The position numbers were made by a program, and so were the translations under genes. The notes under the pieces were generated by a model, which saw only the letters and a list, made by a program, of their open reading frames with translations, was not told the DNA's origin and searched no databases. From Eledone cirrhosa (Eukaryota): a stretch of 64,000 nucleotides of DNA. Shown piece after piece: positions 1-13,300 of the stretch (its first letter is position 1; every line of letters starts with the position of its first letter). Location: positions 92,876,001-92,940,000 of the forward strand of contig OZ024741.1 of assembly GCA_964016885.1 (NCBI GenBank), written 5' to 3'.

Positions 1-190
1 CCCTCCTGTTCGCCCTTGGTATTGACCACATCGCCCAGAGTATCACAGCCCCTCTCAACATTTGGTATCTGGATGATGCTACATTGGGCGGGCGCGTACG
101 GACGGTCTGCCAAAACCTTCAATCGGTCAACTCGGCCAAGTCGGAGGTGGTGAACGTCAGCCTCGATGCTGCGAGCTTTGCGGCCTCGTC
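1..190 (+). mobile_element. Non-LTR retrotransposon RT fragment, CRE-like, running off the window start
   Basis: Frame from nt 3 reads LLFALGIDHIAQSITAPLNIWYLDDATLGG...VNSAKSE. This covers the RT (P)LLF, YLDD and LNxxKxE-like motifs; WYLDDxTLGG is typical of CRE-clade elements. Confidence 0.7.
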
Positions 191-439
191 TATTTGGTTC
201 CTTGGCACTTTTTACATAGGTGTGTAAATTTTCATGTCAGTCCGACCACGTCTACTACCATTTAACCGTACACATTTGAATTTCAACCACCGCCCATTTC
301 ACTAATATATATTAGATTTGTTAGTGTTTTCGTTCTGTAACCATTATATTAAATGAGTTTTTAAAAAAAAGTTAATAAATAAATAAAACGTTATACTTGT
401 TTTACCCTCCCATTTCCACTTCACCGAACGCTATCATGA

Positions 440-720
440 CTGTATGTGTGTGTTTGTGTAAATGTATATGTGTGAATGTATGTATATTTGTGTGAAAGTA
501 TGTGTGAATGTATGTATATTTGTGTGAAAGTATATGTGAATGTATGCGTGTTTGTGTAAATGTATTTGTGTGAAAGTAGGTGTATTTGTGTGGATGTATG
601 TGTATTTATGTGAATGTATGTCCGTGTATTTTTATAAGTTTGTGTTTGCGCGATTATAGTTATATACTCATACATATAGATGTATGTATGTATGTACACA
701 CTCATACGCGACAGCGTGTA
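440..720. repeat. Degenerate (TG/TA)n microsatellite
   Basis: tgtgtgaatgtatgtatatt-type low complexity; explains ORFs 421..729 and 580..870. Confidence 0.85.
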
Positions 721-1316
721 GAAAATCATAATCTCTCTATCTCTCTTTCTATATATATGGTAGCTGTGGTGGTGGTGGCAACGATATACCGGAAGTACAA
801 CTTTGAAAAGAAGTCAATTTTAAATTATTTATTTTTACGAAATTATTTGTTTACGAGATTTAGTACATAAATTATGTAATATTCATTCATTATTTATTCA
901 AAGTAATCCAACTTATTTTACTAACTGGATTAAAAGAAATAAACCGTATGCAGTCCTGCAGACCTTAGTTTATTATAGTTTAGATAACAAAGGTCCTGGC
1001 ATAAAATTATGATGGAAGGTTTTATATAAATATAATCATTTAAAAATAAACAGCTTTATATCATAGTGGTACATGATAGATGATGGTAATGGTGATAATA
1101 ATGATTATGTTTAAACTTAGATCAATGATAAGAAGTGTTCCTGCTGTTAACAGAATACCTTGTGGTTTTTTTGGTTTGTTTTCGGATGTAGTCTATCTAG
1201 GACTACATTATCCAATGTGTCCTTGCTTCTTAAGATGGTATACTATGATTTTAGAACAGCAGTTTTCCAGCCTTTATGAAAACCTTTTGAAAGCAGGGCC
1301 CCATGGTAAAATTCAT

Positions 1317-4300
1317 TTAACCTTTCTGATAGTAAACCACATAGGGCCATCCATGGTTCTATGATAGCAAACCACCTAAGGCCATCCCTGGTTATATGAT
1401 AGTAAACCACCTAAGACCATATCTGGTTCTATGATAGTAAACCACCTAATGCCATCCTTAGTTCTATGATACTAAACCAATTAAGGCCATCTCTGGTTCT
1501 ATGATACTAAACCACCTAAGGCCATCTTTGGTTCTATGATAGTAAACCACCTAAGGCCATCTCTGGTTCTATGATAGTAAACCACCTAAGGCCATCTCTG
1601 GTTCTATGATACTAAACCACCTAAGGCCATCTCTGGTTCTATGATAGTAAACCACCGAAAGCCATCTCTGGTTCTATGATAGTAAACCACCTAAGGCCAT
1701 CTCTGGTTCTATGATAGTAAACCAGCTAAGGCCATCTCTGGTTCTATGATAGTAAACCACCTAAGGCCATCTCTGGTTCTATGATAGTAAACCACCTAAG
1801 GCCATCTCTGGTTCTATGATAGTAAACCACCGAAAGCCATCTCTGGTTCTATGATAGTAAACCACCTAAAGCCATCCCTGGTTCTATGATACTAAACAAC
1901 CTAAAGCCATCCATGGTTCTATGATACTAAACCACCTAATGCCATCTCTCGTTCTATGATAGTAAACCACCTAAGGCCATCTCTCGTTCTATGATAGTAA
2001 ACCAATAATGCCATCCTTGGTTCAATGAAACTAAACCACCTAAGGCCATCTCTGGTTCTATGATAGTAAACCACCTAAGGCCATCTCTCGTTCTATGATA
2101 GTAAACCAATAATGCCATCCTTGGTTCAATGAAACTAAACCACCTAAGGCCATCTCTGGTTCTATGATAGTAAACCACCTAAGGCCATCTCTCGTTCTAT
2201 GATAGTAAACCAATAATGCCATCCTTGGTTCAATGAAACTAAACCACCTAAGGCCATCTCTGGTTCTATGATACTAAACAACCTAAAGTCATCCATGGTT
2301 CTATGATACTAAACCACCTAATGCCATCTCTGGTTCTATGATAGTAAACCACCTAATGCCATCCTCGGTTCTATGATATTAAACCACGTAAGGCCATCTC
2401 TGGTTCTATGATAGTAAACCACCTAATGCCATCCTTGGTTCTATGATACTAAACCAGCTAATGCCATCTCTGGTTCTATGATATTAAACCACCTAATGCC
2501 ATCCTTGGTTGTATGATAGTAAACCACATAAGGCCATCTCTAGTTCTATGATACTAAACAACCTAAGGCCATCTCTGGTTCTATGATAGTAAACCACCTA
2601 ATGCCATCTCAGATTCTATTATAGCAAACCACCTAATGCCATCCTTGGTTCCATGATAGTAAACCACCTAAGGCCATCTCTGGTTCTATGATACTAAACA
2701 ACCTAAAACCATCCATGGTTCTATGATACTAAACCACCTGATTCCATCTCTGATTCTATGATAGTAAACAACCTAATGCCATCTTTGGTTCTGTGATAGT
2801 AAACCACCTAATGCCATCCTTGGTTCTATGATAGTAAACCACCTAATGCCATCCTTAGTTCTATGATAGTAAACCACCGAAGGCCATCTCTGGTTCTATG
2901 ATACTAAACCACCTAAGGCCATCTCTGGTTCTATGATACTAAACTACCTAATGCCATCTCTGGTTCTATGATAGTAAACCACCTAAGGCCATCTCTGGTT
3001 CTATGATAGTAAACCATCTAATGCCATCCTTGGTTATATGATAGTAAACCACCTAAGGCCATCTCTGGTTCCATGATAGTAAACCACCTAATGCCATCTC
3101 TGGTTCCATGATAGTAAACCACCTAATGCCATCCTTGGTTCTATGATACTAAACCACCTAAAGCCATCTCTGGTTCTATGATACTAAACCACCTAAGGCC
3201 ATCTCTGGTTCTATGATACGAAACAACATAAGGCCATATCTGGTTCTATGATACTAAACAACCTAAAGCCATCCATGTTTCTATGATATTAAACCACCTA
3301 ATGCCATCTCTGGTTCTATGATAGTAAACCATCTAATGCCATCCTTGGTTCTATGATAGTAAACCACCTAAGGCCATCTCTGGTTCTATGATAGTAAACC
3401 ACCTAAGGCCATCTCTGGTTCTATGATAGTAAACCACCTAAGGCCATCTCTGGTTCTATGATAGTAAACCACCTAATGCCATCCTTGGTTCTATGATAGT
3501 AAACCATCTAATGCCATCCTTGGTTCTATGATAGTAAACCACCTAATGCCATCCTTGGTTCTATGATAGTAAACCATCTAATGCCATCCTTAGTTCTATG
3601 ATAGTAAACCATCTAATGCCATCCTTGGTTCTATGATAGTAAACCACCTAAGGCCATCTCTGGTTCTATGATAGTAAACCACCTAAGGCCATCTCTGGTT
3701 CTATGATAGTAAACCACCTAAGGCCATCTCTGGTTCTATGATAGTAAACCACTAATACCATCCTTGGTTCTATGATAGTAAACCACCTAAGGCCATGTCT
3801 GGTTCTATGATAGTAAACCACCTAAGGCCATCTCTGGTTCTATGATAGTAAACCACCTAAGGCCATCTCTGGTTCTATGATAGTAAACCACCTAAGGCCA
3901 TCTCTGGTTCTATGATAGTAAACCACCTAAGGCCATCTCTGGTTCTATGATAGTAAACCACCTAAGGCCATCTCTGGTTCTATGATAGTAAACCACCTAA
4001 TGCCATCCTTGGTTCTATGATAGTAAACCACCTAAGGCCATCTCTGGTTCTATGATAGTAAACCACCTAAGGCCATCTCTGGTTCTATGATAGTAAACCA
4101 CCTAAGGCCATCTCTGGTTCTATGATAGTAAACCACCTAAGGCCATCTCTGGTTCTATGATAGTAAACCACCTAATGCCATCTCTGGTTCTATGATAGTA
4201 AACCACCTAATGCCATCCTTGGTTCTATGATAGTAAACCACCTAAGGCCATCTCTGGTTCTATGATAGTAAACCACCTAATGCCATCCTTGGTTCTATGA

Positions 4301-7300
4301 TAGTAAACCACCTAAGGCCATCTCTGGTTCTATGATAGTAAACCACCTAATGCCATCCTTGGTTCTATGATAGTAAACCACCTAAGGCCATCTCTGGTTC
4401 TATGATAGTAAACCACCTAATGCCATCCTTGGTTCTATGATAGTAAACCACCTAAGGCCATCTCTGGTTCTATGATAGTAAACCACCTAAGGCCATCTCT
4501 GGTTCTATGATAGTAAACCACCTAAGGCCATCTCTGGTTCTATGATAGTAAACCACCTAATGCCATCCTTGGTTCTATGATAGTAAACCACCTAAGGCCA
4601 TCTCTGGTTCTATGATAGTAAACCACCTAAGGCCATCTCTGGTTCTATGATAGTAAACCACCTAATGCCATCCTTGGTTCTATGATAGTAAACCACCTAA
4701 GGCCATCTCTGGTTCTATGATAGTAAACCACCTAATGCCATCCTTGGTTCTATGATAGTAAACCACCTAAGGCCATCTCTGGTTCTATGATAGTAAACCA
4801 CCTAATGCCATCCTTGGTTCTATGATAGTAAACCACCTAAGGCCATCTCTGGTTCTATGATAGTAAACCACCTAATGCCATCCTTGGTTCTATGATAGTA
4901 AACCACCTAAGGCCATCTCTGGTTCTATGATAGTAAACCACCTAATGCCATCCTTGGTTCTATGATAGTAAACCACCTAAGGCCATCTCTGGTTCTATGA
5001 TAGTAAACCACCTAATGCCATCCTTGGTTCTATGATAGTAAACCACCTAAGGCCATCTCTGGTTCTATGATAGTAAACCACCTAAGGCCATCTCTGGTTC
5101 TATGATAGTAAACCACCTAATGCCATCCTTGGTTCTATGATAGTAAACCACCTAAGGCCATCTCTGGTTCTATGATAGTAAACCACCTAAGGCCATCTCT
5201 GGTTCTATGATAGTAAACCACCTAATGCCATCCTTGGTTCTATGATAGTAAACCACCTAAGGCCATCTCTGGTTCTATGATAGTAAACCACCTAAGGCCA
5301 TCTCTGGTTCTATGATAGTAAACCACCTAATGCCATCCTTGGTTCTATGATAGTAAACCACCTAAGGCCATCTCTGGTTCTATGATAGTAAACCACCTAA
5401 TGCCATCCTTGGTTCTATGATAGTAAACCACCTAAGGCCATCTCTGGTTCTATGATAGTAAACCACCTAAGGCCATCTCTGGTTCTATGATAGTAAACCA
5501 CCTAATGCCATCCTTGGTTCTATGATAGTAAACCACCTAAGGCCATCTCTGGTTCTATGATAGTAAACCACCTAATGCCATCCTTGGTTCTATGATAGTA
5601 AACCACCTAAGGCCATCTCTGGTTCTATGATAGTAAACCACCTAATGCCATCCTTGGTTCTATGATAGTAAACCACCTAAGGCCATCTCTGGTTCTATGA
5701 TAGTAAACCACCTAATGCCATCCTTGGTTCTATGATAGTAAACCACCTAAGGCCATCTCTGGTTCTATGATAGTAAACCACCTAATGCCATCCTTGATTC
5801 TATGATAGTAAACCACCTAAGGCCATCTCTGGTTCTATGATAGTAAACCACCTAAGGCCATCTCTGGTTCTATGATAGTAAACCACCTAATGCCATCCTT
5901 GGTTCTATGATAGTAAACCACCTAAGGCCATGTCTGGTTCTATGATAGTAAACCACCTAAGGCCATCTCTGGTTCTATGATAGTAAACCACCTAAGGCCA
6001 TCTCTGGTTCTATGATAGTAAACCACCTAAGGCCATCTCTGGTTCTATGATAGTAAACCACCTAAGGCCATCCATGGTTCTATGATAGTAAACCACCTAA
6101 GGCCATCTCTGGTTCTATGATAGTAAACCACCTAAGGCCATCTCTGGTTCTATGATAGTAAACCACCTAATGCCATCCTTGGTTCTATGATAGTAAACCA
6201 CCTAAGGCCATCTCTGGTTCTATGATAGTAAACCACCTAATGCCATCCTTGGTTCTATGATAGTAAACCACCTAAGGCCATCTCTGGTTCTATGATAGTA
6301 AACCACCTAATGCCATCCTTGGTTCTATGATAGTAAACCACCTAAGGCCATCTCTGGTTCTATGATAGTAAACCACCTAAGGCCATCTCTGGTTCTATGA
6401 TAGTAAACCACCTAATGCCATCCTTGGTTCTATGATAGTAAACCACCTAATGCCATCCTTGGTTCTATGATAGTAAACCACCTAAGGCCATGTCTGGTTC
6501 TATGATAGTAAACCACCTAAGGCCATGTCTGGTTCTATGATAGTAAACCACCTAAGGCCATCTCTGGTTCTATGATAGTAAACCACCTAAGGCCATCTCT
6601 GGTTCTATGATAGTAAACCACCTAATGCCATCCTTGGTTCTATGATAGTAAACCACCTAAGGCCATCTCTGGTTCTATGATAGTAAACCACCTAAGGCCA
6701 TCTCTGGTTCTATGATAGTAAACCACCTAATGCCATCCTTGGTTCTATGATAGTAAACCACCTAAGGCCATCTCTGGTTCTATGATAGTAAACCACCTAA
6801 GGCCATCTCTGGTTCTATGATAGTAAACCACCTAATGCCATCCTTGGTTCTATGATAGTAAACCACCTAAGGCCATCTCTGGTTCTATGATAGTAAACCA
6901 CCTAATGCCATCCTTGGTTCTATGATAGTAAACCACCTAAGGCCATCTCTGGTTCTATGATAGTAAACCACCTAAGGCCATCTCTGGTTCTATGATAGTA
7001 AACCACCTAATGCCATCCTTGGTTCTATGATAGTAAACCACCTAAGGCCATCTCTGGTTCTATGATAGTAAACCACCTAATGCCATCCTTGGTTCTATGA
7101 TAGTAAACCACCTAAGGCCATCTCTGGTTCTATGATAGTAAACCACCTAATGCCATCCTTGGTTCTATGATAGTAAACCACCTAAGGCCATCTCTGGTTC
7201 TATGATAGTAAACCACCTAATGCCATCCTTGGTTCTATGATAGTAAACCACCTAAGGCCATCTCTGGTTCTATGATAGTAAACCACCTAATGCCATCCTT

Positions 7301-10300
7301 GATTCTATGATAGTAAACCACCTAAGGCCATCTCTGGTTCTATGATAGTAAACCACCTAAGGCCATCTCTGGTTCTATGATAGTAAACCACCTAATGCCA
7401 TCCTTGGTTCTATGATAGTAAACCACCTAAGGCCATGTCTGGTTCTATGATAGTAAACCACCTAAGGCCATCTCTGGTTCTATGATAGTAAACCACCTAA
7501 GGCCATCTCTGGTTCTATGATAGTAAACCACCTAAGGCCATCTCTGGTTCTATGATAGTAAACCACCTAAGGCCATCCATGGTTCTATGATAGTAAACCA
7601 CCTAAGGCCATCTCTGGTTCTATGATAGTAAACCACCTAAGGCCATCTCTGGTTCTATGATAGTAAACCACCTAATGCCATCCTTGGTTCTATGATAGTA
7701 AACCACCTAAGGCCATCTCTGGTTCTATGATAGTAAACCACCTAATGCCATCCTTGGTTCTATGATAGTAAACCACCTAAGGCCATCTCTGGTTCTATGA
7801 TAGTAAACCACCTAATGCCATCCTTGGTTCTATGATAGTAAACCACCTAAGGCCATCTCTGGTTCTATGATAGTAAACCACCTAAGGCCATCTCTGGTTC
7901 TATGATAGTAAACCACCTAATGCCATCCTTGGTTCTATGATAGTAAACCACCTAATGCCATCCTTGGTTCTATGATAGTAAACCACCTAAGGCCATGTCT
8001 GGTTCTATGATAGTAAACCACCTAAGGCCATGTCTGGTTCTATGATAGTAAACCACCTAAGGCCATCTCTGGTTCTATGATAGTAAACCACCTAAGGCCA
8101 TCTCTGGTTCTATGATAGTAAACCACCTAAGGCCATCTCTGGTTCTATGATAGTAAACCACCTAAGGCCATCTCTGGTTCTATGATAGTAAACCACCTAA
8201 GGCCATCTCTGGTTCTATGATAGTAAACCACCTAAGGCCATGTCTGGTTCTATGATAGTAAACCACCTAAGGCCATCTCTGGTTCTATGATAGTAAACCA
8301 CCTAAGGCCATCTCTGGTTCTATGATAGTAAACCACCTAAGGCCATCTCTGGTTCTATGATAGTAAACCACCTAATGCCATCCTTGGTTCTATAATACTA
8401 TACCACCTAAGGCCATCTCTGGTTCTATGATACTAAACCACCTAAGGCCATCCATGGTTCTATGATACTAAACCACCTAATGCCATCCTTGGTTCTATGA
8501 TAGTAAACCACCTAAGGCCATCTCTGGTTCTATGATACGAAACAACATAAGGCCATATCTGGTTCTATGATACTAAATAACCTAAGGCCATCCCTGGTTC
8601 GATGATACTAAACAACCTAAAGCCATCCATGTTTCTATGATATTAAACCACCTAATGCCATCTCTGGTTCTATGATAGTAAACCATCTAATGCCATCCTT
8701 GGTTCTATGATATTAAACCACCTAATGCCATCTCTGGTTCTATGATAGTAAACCACCTAATGCCATCCTTGGTTCTATGATAGTAAACCACCTAAGGCCA
8801 TCTCTGGTTCTATGATAGTAAACCACCTAATGCCATCCTTGGTTCTATAATACTAAACCACCTAATGCCATCCTTGGTTCTATGATAATAAACCACCTAA
8901 GGCCATCTCTGGTTCTATGATAGTAAACCACCTAATGCCATCCTTGGTTCTATAATACTATACCACCTAAGGCCATCTCTGGTTCTATGATACTAAACCA
9001 CCTAAGGCCATCCATGGTTCTATGATACTAAACCACCTAATGCCATCCTTGGTTCTATGATAGTAAACCACCTAAGGCCATCTCTGGTTCTATGATAGTA
9101 AACCACCTTATGCCATCCTTGGTTCTATGATAGTAAACCACCTAAGGCCATCTCTGGTTCTATGATAGTAAACCACCTAAAGCCATCTCTCGTTCTATAA
9201 TACTAAACCACCTAAGGCTATCTCTAGTTCTATGATACTAAACCACCTAATGCCATCCTTGGTTCTATGATAGTAAACCACCTAATGCCATCTCTGGTTC
9301 TATGATAGTAAACCACCTAAGGCCATCTCTGGTTCTATGATAGTAAACCACCTAAGGCCATCTCTGGTTCTATGATACTAAACAACCTAAGGCCATCTCT
9401 GATTCTATGATACTAAACCACCTAATGCCATCCTTGGTTCTATGATAGTAAACCACCTAAGGCCATCTCTGGTTCTATGATAGTAAACCACCTAAGGCCA
9501 TTTCTGGTTCTATGATACTAAACTACCTAATGCCATCCTTGGTTCTATGATACTAAACCACCTAAGGCCATCTCTGGTTCTATGATAGTAAACGACCTAA
9601 GGCCATCTCTGGTTCTATGATACTAAACCACCTAATGCCATCCTTGGTTCTATGATAGTAAACCACCTAAGGCCATCTCTGGTTCTATGATAGTAAACCA
9701 CCTAAGGCCATCTCTGGTTCTATGATAGTAAACCACATAAGGCCATCTCTGGTTCTATGATACTAAACAACCTAAGGCCACCTCTGGTTCTATGATACTA
9801 AACCACATAAGGCCATCTCTGGTTCTATGATACTAAACCTCCTAATGCCATCTCTGGTTCTATGATACAAAACCACCTAAGGCCATCTCTGATTCTATGA
9901 TACTAAACAACCTAAGGCCATCTCTGATTCTATGATACTAAACAACCTAAAGCCATCCATGGTTCTATGATACTAAACGACCTAATGCCATCTATGGTTC
10001 TATGATAGTAAACCACCTAATGCCATCCTTGGTTCTATGATAGTAAACCACCTAAGGCCATCTCTGGTTCTATGATAGTAAACCACCTAATGCCATCCTT
10101 GGTTCTATAATACTATACCACCTAAGGCCATCTCTGGTTCTATGATACTAAACCACCTAAGGCCATCCATGGTTCTATGATACTAAACCACCTAATGCCA
10201 TCCTTGGTTCTATGATAGTAAACCACCTAAGGCCATCTCTGGTTCTATGATAGTAAACCACCTAAGGCCATCTCTGGTTCTATGATAGTAAACCACCTAA

Positions 10301-13300
10301 GGCCATCTCTGGTTCTATGATACTAAACAACCTAAGGCCATCTCTGATTCTATGATACTAAACCACCTAAGGCCATCCTTGGTTCTATGATAGTAAACCA
10401 CCTAAGGCCATCTCTGGTTCTATGATAGTAAACCACCTAAGGCCATTTCTGGTTCTATGATACTAAACTACCTAATGCCATCCTTGGTTCTATGATACTA
10501 AACCACCTAAGGCCATCTCTGGTTCTATGATAGTAAACGACCTAAGGCCATCTCTGGTTCTATGATACTAAACCACCTAATGCCATCCTTGGTTCTATGA
10601 TAGTAAACCACCTAAGGCCATCTCTGGTTCTATGATAGTAAACCACATAAGGCCATCTCTGGTTCTATGATACTAAACAACCTAAGGCCACCTCTGGTTC
10701 TATGATACTAAACCACATAAGGCCATCTCTGGTTCTATGATACTAAACCTCCTAATGCCATCTCTGGTTCTATGATACAAAACCACCTAAGGCCATCTCT
10801 GATTCTATGATACTAAACAACCTAAGGCCATCTCTGATTCTATGATACTAAACAACCTAAAGCCATCCATGGTTCTATGATACTAAACGACCTAATGCCA
10901 TCTATGGTTCTATGATAGTAAACCACCTAATGCCATCCTTGGTTCTATGATAGTAAACCACCTAAGGCCATCTCTGGTTCTATGATAGTAAACCACCTAA
11001 TGCCATCCTTGGTTCTATAATACTATACCACCTAAGGCCATCTCTGGTTCTATGATACTAAACCACCTAAGGCCATCCATGGTTCTATGATACTAAACCA
11101 CCTAATGCCATCCTTGGTTCTATGATAGTAAACCACCTAAGGCCATCTCTGGTTCTATGATAGTAAACCACCTAATGCCATCCTTGGTTCTATGATAGTA
11201 AACCACCTAAGGCCATCTCTGGTTCTATGATAGTAAACCACCTAATGCCATCCTTGGTTCTATGATAGTAAACCACCTAAGGCCATCTCTGGTTCTATGA
11301 TAGTAAACCACCTAATGCCATCTCTGGTTCTATGATACTAAACCACCTAAGGCCATCTCTGGTTCTATGATAGTAAACCACCTAAGGCCATCTCTGGTTC
11401 TATGATACTAAACTACCTAAGGCCATCTCTGGTTCTGTGATAGTAAACCACCTAATGCCATCTCTGGTTCTATGATACTAAACCACCTAAGGCCATGTCT
11501 GGTTCTATGATAGTAAACCACCTAATGCCATCCTTAGTTCTATGATACTAAACCACCTAAGGCCATCTCTGGTTCTATGATAGTAAACCACCTAAGGCCA
11601 TCTCTGGTTCTATGATACTAAACCACCTAAGGCAATCTCTGGTTCTATGATACTAAACCACCTAAGGCCATCTCTGGTTCTATGATAGTAAACCACCTAA
11701 GGCCATCTCTGGTTCTATGATAGTAAACCACCTAATGCCATCTCTGGTTCTATGATACTAAACCACCTAAGGCAATCTCTGGTTCTATGATAGTAAACCA
11801 CCTAATACCATCCTTGGTTCTATGATACTAAACCACCTAATGCCATCTCTGGTTCTATGATAGTAAACCACCTCAGGCCATGTCTGGTTCTATGATAGTA
11901 AACCTCCTAAGGCCATCTCTGTTTCTATGATTCTAAACCACCTAATGCCATCCTTGGTTCTATGATACTAAAGCACCTAATTCCATCTCTGGTTCTATGA
12001 TAGTAAACGACCTAAGGCCATCTCTGGTTCTATGATTCTAAACCACCTAATGCCATCCTTGGTTCTATGATACTAAAGCACCTAATGCCATCTCTGGTTC
12101 TATGATAGTAAACCACCTTAGGCCATCTCTGGTTCTATGATAGTAAACCACCTAAGGCCATCTCTGGTTCTATGATAGTAAACCACCTAATGCCATCCTT
12201 GGTTCTATAATACTAAACCACCTAAGGCCATCTCTGGTTCTATGATAGTAAACCACCTAAGGCCATCCATGGTTCTATGATACTAAACCACCTAATGCCA
12301 TCCTTGGTTCTATGATAGTAAACCACCTAAGGCCATCTCTGGTTCTGTGATAGTAAACCACCTAAGGCCATCTCTGGTTCTGTGATAGTAAACCACCTAA
12401 TGCCATCCTTAGTTCTATGATAGTAAACCACCTAAGGCCATCTCTGATTCTGTGATAGTAAACCACCTAATGCCATCCTTAGTTCTATGATAGTAAACCA
12501 CCTAAGGCCATCTCTGGTTCTATGATAGTAAACCACCTAATGCCATCCTTAGTTCTATGATAGTAAACCACCTAAGGCCATCTCTGGTTCTGTGATAGTA
12601 AACCACCTAATGCCATCCTTAGTTCTATGATAGTAAACCACCTAAGGCCATCTCTGGTTCTATGATAGTAAACCACCTAAGGCCATCTCTGGTTCTGTGA
12701 TAGTAAACCACCTAATGCCATCCTTGGTTCTATGATAGTAAACCACCTAATGCCATCCTTGGTTCTATAATACTATACCACCTAAGGCCATCTCTGGTTC
12801 TGTGATAGTAAACCACCTAATGCCATCCTTAGTTCTATGATAGTAAACCACCTAAGGCCATCTCTGGTTCTATGATAGTAAACCACCTAATGCCATCCTT
12901 GGTTCCATGATAGTAAACCACCTAAGGTCATCTCTGGTTCTATGATAGTAAACGACCTAAGGCCATCTCTGGTTCTATAATACTAAACCACCTAAGGCCA
13001 TCTCTCGTTCTATGATAGTAAACCATCTAAGGCCATCCATAGTTCTATGATACTAAACCACCTAATGCCATCCTTGGTTCTATGATAATAAACCACCTAA
13101 GGCCATCTCTGGTTCTATGATAGTAAAACACCTAAGGCCATCTCTGGTTCTATAATACTAAACCACCTAAGGCCATCTCTGGTTCTATAATACGAAACCA
13201 CCTAATGCCATCCTTGGTTCTATGATAGTAAACGACCTAAGGCCATCTCTGGTTCTATGATAGTAAACCACCTAAGGCCATCTCTGGTTCTATGATAGTA

